Source: an uncultured Verrucomicrobiota bacterium
Lineage (GTDB): Bacteria; Verrucomicrobiota; Verrucomicrobiia; Methylacidiphilales; UBA1321
Assembly: GCA_903863295.1 (NCBI GenBank)
Contig: CAIPBM010000028.1
Coordinates: forward strand, 45,050 to 109,049
Direction of reading: 5' to 3'
DNA: 64,000 nucleotides
A model generated the notes under the pieces. That model made no database searches, was not told the DNA's origin, and worked only from the letters and a program-made list of their open reading frames with translations. Below, in pieces: positions 1-8,814 of the stretch (positions within the stretch are counted from its first letter, which is position 1; every line of letters begins with the position of its first letter). The position numbers were made by a program, and so were the translations under genes.

Positions 1-424
1 AGGCGACAAAGGATTTGATGGGGGTGTTGCCAAAGGTATTCGCAAGGACGATTCGGCGGCCAATGTCGACACCAGCGCCGTTCCGTCGGTTCCCCGGGAG
101 CTTTACATGGGAGAGCGAGTAGGTGATGTCATCTATACGCTGCCGATGAAGCCCTCGACGGCAGGCTACCGGGTGCGGCTCTACTTCGCTGAGACCGATG
201 CTAAAACCGATGCCGCCGGAAAAAGGATTTTCAATGTCGATATTAATGACCAACCCGTCCTGACGAATTTCGACATCTACACCGAGGCGGGGGGCGGCGG
301 CAAGGCGATGGTCAAGGAATTCCCGGGGATCATGCCGGATAAAGAGGGGAACATCGTCATTCATTTCCGACCGGGAACCGCTGGGCAACCCAAGATCAAC
401 GGAATCGAAGTCGGCCCGATGTAG
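1..424 (+). CDS. Malectin-like carbohydrate-binding domain, C-terminal fragment of a protein that begins upstream of the window
   Basis: The reading frame is open from position 2 with no stop, so the gene continues upstream. The translation YRVRLYFAETDA..GKRIFNVDINDQPVLTNFDIYTEAGGGGKAMVKEF matches the malectin / di-glucose-binding signature (RLhFaE .. R.F.V.iNg ..l..fDI ..agg). Confidence 0.7.
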   Translation, partial: GDKGFDGGVAKGIRKDDSAANVDTSAVPSVPRELYMGERVGDVIYTLPMKPSTAGYRVRLYFAETDAKTDAAGKRIFNVDINDQPVLTNFDIYTEAGGGGKAMVKEFPGIMPDKEGNIVIHFRPGTAGQPKINGIEVGPM

Positions 425-447
425 GGTTCAATGCCGCGAAAATTCCC

Positions 448-3150
448 ATGAAGATAAAATCGGCATTATTGTTCCTGGTACTGTGCACACCATCCCTGGT
501 CGGGATGGCGCAGGAACAATCGGTCACGTCCCTCAATGGCGGACCATGGAAGGTTGCTCCGGCGCCAGACGTCAAGGAGACCGGCGAGCAGCTTTCGATT
601 CCCGGCTATGCCGACGAGAAATGGTTGACCGCCCATGTTCCCGGTACGGCGTATGTTGACTATATCCTCGCGGGCTTGGAGAAAGATCCCAATTTCGGGG
701 ACAATGCGTGGCAAGCCGACAAGAAAAAATACGATCAAAACTACTGGTATCGCACGGAGTTTACCGTGCCGGACGACTATTTTCAAAATGGCCGGATTTG
801 GTTGAATCTCGACGGCGTCCACCGTGATGCCGACGTCTACGTGAATGGCGCCAAGGTCGGATCGATGCTCGGATTCTTTCAGCGCGGACGTTTTGACGTG
901 ACCGCGCTGGTTAAAAAAAATGAGAAGAACTCGCTGGCAGTCTTGGCCCATCTCATGGACGTGCCCAAGACGAAGGGGCCGGATGGGAAATTGAACCCCA
1001 ATTGTTCCTCGCCGTCGCTCCTTTGCAGCCGGGGATGGGACTGGATGCCGCGCGTGCCCGGATTGAATACGGGCATTTATAAAGATGTTTATCTGACCCA
1101 TACTGGAGAAGTCTCGCTCATTGATCCGTGGATCCGGAGTGATCTTCCCAAACCAACCGAGGCTAACCTGTCGATTCAGACGGATCTGCTGAATTCCTCC
1201 GCGTCTGAGGTTTCAGGTGAACTGGTGGGCGAGATCAACCCGGGCAAGATTGCTTTCACCAAGGCGGTGACCTTGAAGCCGAACGAGACGCAGACGGTTA
1301 CGTTGACCTCAGCAGATACCCCGGCCTTGCACATGACCAACCCGAAGCTCTGGTGGCCGAACGGTTATGGCGATCCCAACCTTTACACGTGCCATTTGGA
1401 ATTCCGCGCCGGCCCGGCCGTGTCGGATCAGAAGACGGTCACCTTCGGGATCAAGAAATATTCCTATGAGGTCAAGAATGACATTCTCTATTTCTATATC
1501 AATGGGACGCGCCTCTTTCTCAAGGGAGGAAGTTGGGGGTTGCCGGAATATTTGATGCGCAACCGAACGGCGGCTGATTACGACACGCGTGTCCGCCTCC
1601 ATAAGGAGCAGAATTTTAACGTCATCCGCAATTGGATGGGCTCGGTTCCCGATGAGGCCTTCTACGAGGCCTGCGACAAGTATGGCATCATGGTCTGGGA
1701 TGAACTGTGGCTCAACTCGCATGATGGCGATCCGTCGGATATTCCAGTCTATCACGCCAATGTCACCGAGAAGGTGAAGCAGTTCCGCAACCACCCCAGC
1801 ATCTGTTTCTGGGTCGCGATGAATGAGGGGACTCCGCCGCCGCCGGTGAACGATCCGAATGCCGACATCATCGAAAAATATGATGGTGGGGACCGCCAAT
1901 ATCATCCCTGCTCCAACAGTGGCAACCTCAGCGGAAGCGGACCCTGGACCGATTTTGCCCCCGAGATTTATTTCCGGGGCACGTTTACTTTTAATGGGGT
2001 GGAAAAGCCTCCGGGTAAAAGAGAACCCTACGGCATGCACAGTGAGCTGGGTACGGCGGTTGTGACCAGCTTTGATAGTTTCAAGAAATTCATGCCCAAG
2101 GAAAGCTGGTGGCCCTGGAATGAAACGTGGAACAAACACTATCTGGGTACGCGCGCCAGGAACGCTTTCCCGGATAAATATCTCTACGACCTGTCTGCTC
2201 GGTACGGTGAGGGAACCGATATTGAAGATTTCTGCCGCAAGGCCCAATTGCTCAACCTGGAAACGACGAAGGGGATGTTTGAAGGCTGGCTCGATCATAG
2301 TGATCAAACCGCAGCCGGATTAATTATCTGGATGAGCCATCCGGCTTATCCCTGTTTTGTCTGGCAAACCTACGATTACTACTATGACACCACCGGCGCT
2401 TACTGGGGAGCCAAGACCGCCTGTGAACCGGTCCACATCTATTGGAATTCCAACGATGATCGTATCCGTGTCGTCAACACCTCAGGCAAGAGCCTGCAGA
2501 ATCTCAAGGCCGATTTGTGGGTCTATAATCTCGATGGCACGGAAAAATTTCACCGCAGCGCCACAGTCGATGCGCCTTACGACAAGGTGACCGACTGTTT
2601 CAAGCTGGAAGCCCCGGCCGACCTTTCGCCCACGCATTTTCTCAAGCTCAAACTGACCGATGCCGCAGGCAAGGTCATCTCGGAGAATTTCTACTGGCGG
2701 GGAACGGAAGACCTCAATTACTTCGGCTTGAGCAGCCTGAAGCCCGTCCATTTGACGGTCACTGAACCGACCGTCGAGACCCTTCCTGATGGAATGAAAA
2801 AACTCTCCCTGGACATCACCAATCCAGCGGATTCGGGAACCGTCGCTTTTGCCATCCGGCCCAAACCGGTCAAACCCAGCTCCGGGGAACAAATCCTGCC
2901 AGTCTTCATGAATGACGGTTATTTTGCGCTCATCCCCGGCGAAACCAAACACCTCACCATTGAATATAACCCGGCGGAGGCCGGAGGTGAGACCGCCAAG
3001 GTGGAGATCGAATGTTGGAATAACTTCACCCACGCAGCGCCGACCAAACCACCGCCATTCGATCCCAAAGCCCGTATCGGTACGAGCTCCGCGACGACCA
3101 AACCGGACAAGACTCCCGGGACTCCGGCCCCGAATGATCCCGCGCAGTAA
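448..3150 (+). CDS. Secreted glycoside hydrolase family 2 enzyme (beta-mannosidase / exo-beta-glucosaminidase-like)
   Basis: N-terminal signal peptide MKIKSALLFLVLCTPSLVGMAQE. GH2-type blocks WWPNGYGDPNLY, NWMGSVPDEAFYEACDKYGIMVWDE and FWVAMNEG (acid/base NE), plus beta-sandwich domains. Pro/Thr-rich C-terminal tail. Total 900 aa. Confidence 0.8.
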   Translation: MKIKSALLFLVLCTPSLVGMAQEQSVTSLNGGPWKVAPAPDVKETGEQLSIPGYADEKWLTAHVPGTAYVDYILAGLEKDPNFGDNAWQADKKKYDQNYWYRTEFTVPDDYFQNGRIWLNLDGVHRDADVYVNGAKVGSMLGFFQRGRFDVTALVKKNEKNSLAVLAHLMDVPKTKGPDGKLNPNCSSPSLLCSRGWDWMPRVPGLNTGIYKDVYLTHTGEVSLIDPWIRSDLPKPTEANLSIQTDLLNSSASEVSGELVGEINPGKIAFTKAVTLKPNETQTVTLTSADTPALHMTNPKLWWPNGYGDPNLYTCHLEFRAGPAVSDQKTVTFGIKKYSYEVKNDILYFYINGTRLFLKGGSWGLPEYLMRNRTAADYDTRVRLHKEQNFNVIRNWMGSVPDEAFYEACDKYGIMVWDELWLNSHDGDPSDIPVYHANVTEKVKQFRNHPSICFWVAMNEGTPPPPVNDPNADIIEKYDGGDRQYHPCSNSGNLSGSGPWTDFAPEIYFRGTFTFNGVEKPPGKREPYGMHSELGTAVVTSFDSFKKFMPKESWWPWNETWNKHYLGTRARNAFPDKYLYDLSARYGEGTDIEDFCRKAQLLNLETTKGMFEGWLDHSDQTAAGLIIWMSHPAYPCFVWQTYDYYYDTTGAYWGAKTACEPVHIYWNSNDDRIRVVNTSGKSLQNLKADLWVYNLDGTEKFHRSATVDAPYDKVTDCFKLEAPADLSPTHFLKLKLTDAAGKVISENFYWRGTEDLNYFGLSSLKPVHLTVTEPTVETLPDGMKKLSLDITNPADSGTVAFAIRPKPVKPSSGEQILPVFMNDGYFALIPGETKHLTIEYNPAEAGGETAKVEIECWNNFTHAAPTKPPPFDPKARIGTSSATTKPDKTPGTPAPNDPAQ

Positions 3151-3200
3151 AGCCCGATAACTGAGAATTCCAACCCCAGACTTGATTGATCCTGACCCCC

Positions 3201-4859
3201 ATGAAAACACGCTCCTTAGTCACGCTGCTCGTTGCCGGTTTGAGTTTCAGTCATGCGCGGGCCGAAGTTCAACCCAACGCCCTCTTCTCCGATAACGCCG
3301 TCCTTCAGCAAAACACCATCGTTCCGGTCTGGGGTTCAGCGAAGGAAGGAGAAAAAGTCACGGTTACCTTCGATGGCGACACGGAGGCAACTGAAGCCAA
3401 GGATGGCCAGTGGATGGTTCACCTTAAGCCCCACAAGCCGGGCGGGCCGTTCACCTTGACCATCGCGGGAGATAACACGATCACCGTCAACAATGTCATG
3501 GTGGGTGAGGTCTGGATTTGCTCCGGCCAGTCGAACATGGCCTTCCGGTTTATCAATGCGGCGAACGCCAAGGAGGAAGCTCCCACCGCCAATTATCCCA
3601 ACTACCGGATGTTCGTCGTGCAACGCCATCCCGCCTTTACCCCACAAACCCAGGTGGCGGGTTCCTGGATCGTTTGCTCGCCGACCACCGTCCAGGATTT
3701 CTCAGCGGTCGGTTACTTCTTCGGACGCGATATCCTCAAGGCGACCGGGGAGCCTGTCGGCATGATTGATAGCGCGTTTAGCGGAACCGCGGCAGATCTT
3801 TGGACCAGCCAGTCCGGCCTGGCCAAGGCTCCTGAACTTCACGGCTACTTGGATCTGTTGGCCAAGGCACAAGCCAAGTACGATCCCGCCGCTGATGCCC
3901 AATACCCCCAGGCAATGGCAGATTATGAGGCGAAACTCAAGGAGTGGAATGATACGACGCTCAAGGCCTATTCCGATTCGATCAAGGCCTGGAACGAGGA
4001 AAATGCCAAGAACAAGGCTGCAGGTCTTCCTCTCACCCCCCGGCCGGAACCTAATCCGCCCAAGCCCCGTCCCCCTATGGAACCCGTGGGTAAGATTCCC
4101 ACCGGGCTTTTCAATGGCATGATCGCACCGCTGATCCCCTATGCGATCAAGGGCGTTGTCTGGTATCAGGGGGAGTCGAATAATCTCAAACCCTTTGAGT
4201 ATCGCACCCTTTTCCCCATCCTGATCGCGGACTGGCGGGAAAAATGGGGTATCGGGGATTTCCCTTTTATTTTCGTTCAAATCGCCCCCTACAAGGACGA
4301 TATCCCGGAACTTCGCGAGTCGCAGCTCCTGACCTGGAAGTCGACCGACAATACCGCCATGGTTGTTACCACGGACGTGGGTGATCCCGTCTGGATTCAT
4401 CCCATTCAAAAAGAACCCGTTGGGGTTCGTCTGGCGCTGGCCGCCCGGGCCTTAGCCTACGGCGAGAAAATCGAATACTCGGGCCCCGAGTACGATTCTT
4501 TCAAGGTCGATGGCAACAAGATCATCCTGACCTTCACTCATGTCGGCAGTGGACTGGTGGCCAAAGATGGACCGCTCAAGGGTTTTGAAATTGCCGGGGC
4601 CGACAAAAAATTTGTCGAGGCCAAGGCCGAGATCAATGGGAATACCGTTGTCGTTTCGAGCGACCAGGTTTCGGCACCGGTCGCCGCCCGGTACGGATGG
4701 GCGAATGTCCCTGACGTCAACCTCTGGAACAAGGAAGGCTTGCCCGCTTCAATTTTCCGGACCGATCCTGAATCCTTGACCGCAGATGTGCCTCCCTCAA
4801 AGAAGACGGCGCCTGCCGCAGCCAACGCGGAATCAGGTGGTGAACCCGCCGCCCCATAA
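3201..4859 (+). CDS. Sialate O-acetylesterase family carbohydrate esterase (SASA / DUF303)
   Basis: Signal peptide MKTRSLVTLLVAGLSFSHARA, using the ATG at 3201; the ORF track starts at an upstream TTG at 3186. Catalytic block VGEVWICSGQSNM, typical of sialate O-acetylesterases. Coiled K/E-rich insert and a second half-domain, as in SASA proteins. Confidence 0.75.
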   Translation: MKTRSLVTLLVAGLSFSHARAEVQPNALFSDNAVLQQNTIVPVWGSAKEGEKVTVTFDGDTEATEAKDGQWMVHLKPHKPGGPFTLTIAGDNTITVNNVMVGEVWICSGQSNMAFRFINAANAKEEAPTANYPNYRMFVVQRHPAFTPQTQVAGSWIVCSPTTVQDFSAVGYFFGRDILKATGEPVGMIDSAFSGTAADLWTSQSGLAKAPELHGYLDLLAKAQAKYDPAADAQYPQAMADYEAKLKEWNDTTLKAYSDSIKAWNEENAKNKAAGLPLTPRPEPNPPKPRPPMEPVGKIPTGLFNGMIAPLIPYAIKGVVWYQGESNNLKPFEYRTLFPILIADWREKWGIGDFPFIFVQIAPYKDDIPELRESQLLTWKSTDNTAMVVTTDVGDPVWIHPIQKEPVGVRLALAARALAYGEKIEYSGPEYDSFKVDGNKIILTFTHVGSGLVAKDGPLKGFEIAGADKKFVEAKAEINGNTVVVSSDQVSAPVAARYGWANVPDVNLWNKEGLPASIFRTDPESLTADVPPSKKTAPAAANAESGGEPAAP

Positions 4860-4869
4860 GGGCAGGGGG

Positions 4870-5661
4870 CTATTTCATCAGCGGATCGAGAACGGGTTGC
4901 AGGTTATCCGCCCAGATTTGGTAGCCTTGCAAGGAGGGGTGGAGAAGATCGGGAAATAGTTCCTTGGGAAGTTCGCCATTGGCGTCGAGGAATTTTGCAC
5001 CGATATCCAGATAGTGGACTTGCGGGCCAAAGTCGGTCTTACTCAGGATGGCATTGGTGGCTTCCACTGTCGTGCGCCGGAAGTCACCTTTTTTTCCGCA
5101 GGGAAAAATCGCCATCAGCACAATTTGGGATTGGGGTAATTTTTCGTGGACAGTAGCCACGATCTTCTGGACACCGGCGGCGACCCACTCCGGCTTATCC
5201 CGGAACTTCCCAATATTATTCGTGCCGATCAGGATGACGACGGCCTTGGGGTGGAGCCCATCAAGGATTCCACCGGCCAGATGACCCAGCGTCTGCCCCG
5301 TGGTTTCGCCGGAGATGCCCATGTCTCCGGCATCGTAGGGGGCATAATACTTGGTCCAGACGGGAAGTCCCGCGCGCTGCCAGAAGGCCGTGATGGAATC
5401 GCCCAGGAAAATCAATTGCATGTTTTTGTCCTCGGCCCGCTTGAGCAGTTTCATCTGTCCTCCCAGGCCGGCGACCGGGGCGGGAGTGACTGCATCTTCC
5501 GGTTGACGTGGCGCCGCCGGAGGCTTGGCCGCGACGGGTGCGGTATTGGTGGCCGGTTGAGTTGTAGGAGTCGGGGGACTGATTTCCTGTGCCGTCAATG
5601 GGCGTCCAAGAAAAAGAATGAGGGCAAGGACAAACAGGGGAGAGACTTGGTTTTTGGGCAT
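4870..5661 (-). CDS. SGNH/GDSL hydrolase (lipase/acylesterase)
   Basis: GDSL block IFLGDSITAFW, block III ILIGTNN, block V DLLHPS. The internal Met at 5661 begins a signal peptide MPKNQVSPLFVLALILFLGRPLTAQE. The ORF-track start at 5901 adds 80 non-signal residues and is unlikely to be the true start. Confidence 0.75.
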   Translation of the reverse strand: MPKNQVSPLFVLALILFLGRPLTAQEISPPTPTTQPATNTAPVAAKPPAAPRQPEDAVTPAPVAGLGGQMKLLKRAEDKNMQLIFLGDSITAFWQRAGLPVWTKYYAPYDAGDMGISGETTGQTLGHLAGGILDGLHPKAVVILIGTNNIGKFRDKPEWVAAGVQKIVATVHEKLPQSQIVLMAIFPCGKKGDFRRTTVEATNAILSKTDFGPQVHYLDIGAKFLDANGELPKELFPDLLHPSLQGYQIWADNLQPVLDPLMK

Positions 5662-5839
5662 GGAGGTTTTTATAATGTGTTGAGTTTGCAAACGATCAGG
5701 TGCGGGGACCGAGAGAGCATCAAAAGTCAATGTGCGAAGTATCTGTATCCGATGGCATCCAGCGACGAATACTTGGTAATTTGGGTAGCCGGACGATTCA
5801 TGTATAGAGTGAGAAATGCGGATTTCATTTTCAAGATGC

Positions 5840-7450
5840 CTAGTGATCGTCTCCTGGATCAGTGACCAGTTTCCCTTTTCCCGTGGCGCCGGGGGGATCA
5901 TTTGCGGGAACTTTGAGTTCCGTTTCTAATCGGTGCAATTCTGCGGTTAACTTAGCCGTGATATCTTTGTACTCAGGTTGTCCGTAAACGCTGTTCAGTT
6001 CATTCGGATCCTTTTTAAGGTCAAAAAGTTCCCAATAGTCGTCAGCGTCATAAAAATGGATCAACTTATACTGGTCGGTAACGACTCCATAATGAGGCGA
6101 GACGTTATGAAAAAAGGGATACTCATAGTAGTGATAATAAAAGCTGGTTCTCCAATCCGTTGGTGTAGCTCCCTTGAAGAGGGGAAGGAGGCTATGGCCT
6201 TGCATCTCTTCGGGGATCGGAATGCCTGCGGCGTCCAGGAATGTTTCCGCAAAATCGAGGTTGGAGACAATGGCTTTATTGACGCTTCCCGGTTTGATTA
6301 CTCCCGGCCAACGTACCAGTAAAGGTGCTCGTAGGGATTCTTCAAAGATCCAGCGTTTATCAAACCAACCGTGCTCGCCTAAATAGAACCCTTGATCAGA
6401 AGAGTAAATCACGAGGGTGTTATTTTTCAGCCCGTTGTCATCAAGATATTTAAGTAGACTACCCACTGAGTCATCAACCTGTTTGACGCAGGCGAGGTAG
6501 TCATGCATGTAGCGATTGTATTTCCAGGCCACCAGATCCTTTCCCTTTAAATGAGCGCTTAGGAAAGCTTCATTCCGTGGTTCGTAATAGGCGTTCCAAG
6601 TTTGGAGCTGGTCTGGACTCAAATCACGGGGCGGGATCAATTTGACGTCTGCCTTGTTCATGTTCGTGGCAATCGTCATTTTTTGATTATGCTCCGCCGA
6701 GCCGCGCCCGTCATAGTCATCAAAAAGAGTCGCAGGAGGATCGTATTTTCGATCATGATCAAAATTTAGGTAATCCAAGCCCGGTTCCCAGGGGCGATGT
6801 GGCGCCTTGTTTTGGTACATGAGCAGAAAGGGCTTCGACTTATCGCGATGATTCATCCAATCAATGGCATCTTTCAGGGTCAGGTCGGTGACATAACCCG
6901 GTACTTGTGCTTTGACACCATTCTTAATAAAAACAGGATTATAATAGACGCCCTGTCCGACGAGGATATTCCAGTAGTCGAATCCAGTGGGGGCCGTCTC
7001 TAGATGCCACTTGCCGATCATGGCTGTCTGGTAACCAGCTTTTTGCAGGAGTTTGGGAAAGGTCATCTGGGAACCATCGAAGCGGCAATTTATATTATTA
7101 TAGAATCCGTTAAGATGATTGTACTTTCCGGTTAGAACGGTCGCTCGTGCCGGGCCACAGAGGGAATTCGTCACAAGACAGCGATCTAGGCGCATACCTT
7201 CATTCCCGATCCGGTCGATATTCGGCGTATCGATCAACTTGCGATCATCGCCGTAGGCACTGACAGCTTGGTAGGCGTGATCATCAGAATAGATTAATAT
7301 GATGTTGGGATGTGATGGATCAGCTTGCGGGGAAATTGCAGAGGACGTCTGGGCCTGAGAAACTGGATGAAAGAGCAATGAAAATAATCCGGCTGCTACT
7401 AAGCATGGAAGTTTTACTCGTCGAGCATGGAAGGGAAGTGGACTAAGCAT
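5840..7450 (-). CDS. Cys-type sulfatase (arylsulfatase / glycosaminoglycan sulfatase family)
   Basis: Formylglycine signature C-X-P-X-R inside LCGPARATVLTGKY, metal-binding IILIYSDDH, and GKWHL. Signal peptide begins at the Met at 7450 (MLSPLPFHARRVKLPCLVAAGLFSLLF). The ORF-track start at 7543 would overlap the upstream gene. Confidence 0.85.
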   Translation of the reverse strand: MLSPLPFHARRVKLPCLVAAGLFSLLFHPVSQAQTSSAISPQADPSHPNIILIYSDDHAYQAVSAYGDDRKLIDTPNIDRIGNEGMRLDRCLVTNSLCGPARATVLTGKYNHLNGFYNNINCRFDGSQMTFPKLLQKAGYQTAMIGKWHLETAPTGFDYWNILVGQGVYYNPVFIKNGVKAQVPGYVTDLTLKDAIDWMNHRDKSKPFLLMYQNKAPHRPWEPGLDYLNFDHDRKYDPPATLFDDYDGRGSAEHNQKMTIATNMNKADVKLIPPRDLSPDQLQTWNAYYEPRNEAFLSAHLKGKDLVAWKYNRYMHDYLACVKQVDDSVGSLLKYLDDNGLKNNTLVIYSSDQGFYLGEHGWFDKRWIFEESLRAPLLVRWPGVIKPGSVNKAIVSNLDFAETFLDAAGIPIPEEMQGHSLLPLFKGATPTDWRTSFYYHYYEYPFFHNVSPHYGVVTDQYKLIHFYDADDYWELFDLKKDPNELNSVYGQPEYKDITAKLTAELHRLETELKVPANDPPGATGKGKLVTDPGDDH

Positions 7451-7473
7451 GCGGATGTTTTGATTTTCCCGGA

Positions 7474-8577
7474 TTAAATCGGATGGTAGGGCGCAACGGC
7501 CACCCCGACATAAGTGTCGGCGCAACCGTAGTAGAGAAACCATTGGTGCTTAAACAGGACGAGTCCCTCAATGAAAGTTGTTCCAGCCGTGTACTGCCCC
7601 GACTTTTCCCACGGCAACTCGGGCTTGATGAAGGGGACGTCGGTGCGGTCGATCAGATGTGAGGGATCGGTGGCGGAAAATAGCGCCTGCCCGCCGGAGT
7701 AAGCCCTGTGGCCAACGCCGATATCGTCCAGGGCCTTGCCATTTTTTCCATTATACATGAGCACGATACCTTTGCTCGTCATCAAGGCGGGGGGACCACA
7801 TTCCGCCAGGTCGGCATCGAACTTTCCCGGGCGTCGATCGAGGAGCACGCCGGAAGCAGGTTCCCAGGTGCGTAGGTCGGGCGAGGAGAGGAGCTGGATG
7901 GCCCCCTCACCAAAATAAAGCCAATAGCGCCCGTTGATTTTCGCTGCGACGAGTCGATCCCCCACGACGCGGCAGACCAGCGACGCCGACTTGCTCGGAT
8001 GGATTTTGCCCGCCACCACGGGCCCGAGCTTGGTCCAGTGGATCAAATCCTTGGAGGTAGCCAATCCCAAGCGGGCCTTCCGCTTACCTGGAAGCCGCAT
8101 CCATTCGGTGTAGAAGAGCGAGTAGGTTCCATCTTCCATTTCCACCACGCGGGGGTCTTCGCAGCCACCCTCCCACTCGTTTCCCTTTTGGTCATCCTCC
8201 GCCGGATACAAAACCGGTTCCGGCATTTTCTTGAAGTTGATCCCGTCCTCGCTCACGGCCAAGCCCAAGCGTGAAGTATAGCCGCCGATCCCGTGCCCCA
8301 GATCGTCCTCGGCGCGGTAAAGCACATAGATTTTGCCGTCCTTGACCACGGCTGCCGGGTTGAAGGTGTGCGCGGCTTCCCAATGGACGGGGATCTTCCT
8401 CATCGGACAGTTGAAGACCGATGCCGGATCGGGTTTGATGATCGGCTTTGCCTCTGGGGGGCGGGTAAAAGGACCTACACACCAGTCGGGTAACCCAGCC
8501 GCTTGATCCCCGGCATCAGACCTGATCGAGATAAAACCGAACAGCGCGATGAGCAGAAGGATCGATCTTTGGCGCAT
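7474..8577 (-). CDS. Glycoside hydrolase family 130-like (beta-mannoside hydrolase/phosphorylase fold), secreted
   Basis: Signal peptide MRQRSILLLIALFGFISIRSDA. Five-bladed beta-propeller blocks HTFNPAAVVKDGKIYVLYRAEDD and SRLGLAVSEDGINFKK resemble GH130 (DUF377). Carrying a signal peptide fits the hydrolytic GH130 subgroup. Confidence 0.6.
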   Translation of the reverse strand: MRQRSILLLIALFGFISIRSDAGDQAAGLPDWCVGPFTRPPEAKPIIKPDPASVFNCPMRKIPVHWEAAHTFNPAAVVKDGKIYVLYRAEDDLGHGIGGYTSRLGLAVSEDGINFKKMPEPVLYPAEDDQKGNEWEGGCEDPRVVEMEDGTYSLFYTEWMRLPGKRKARLGLATSKDLIHWTKLGPVVAGKIHPSKSASLVCRVVGDRLVAAKINGRYWLYFGEGAIQLLSSPDLRTWEPASGVLLDRRPGKFDADLAECGPPALMTSKGIVLMYNGKNGKALDDIGVGHRAYSGGQALFSATDPSHLIDRTDVPFIKPELPWEKSGQYTAGTTFIEGLVLFKHQWFLYYGCADTYVGVAVAPYHPI

Positions 8578-8814
8578 GAAAGCGATTTATCGACTGTTCG
8601 AATAGAATATTCTATGAAAAGTGGATATATTCTAGTTATTATTCATATTTTGCTTGCAAAGCAAGACTTTTTTCGGCACGGTTCATTTGGGCTTAATAGC
8701 TAAAAATGGCATTGACGAGCATGCCTTCATAGATGACTTAGTGTCTATTCTTTAACCCCTATTAGGCACTTTGATACTAGTTTTGTGAGACCTCTCTTAA
8801 AATTCCTGCGTGAC

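Noticed and set aside
1309-2307. 332-aa minus-strand ORF inside the GH2 gene
   Set aside because: It is antisense to a clearly conserved GH2 catalytic region.
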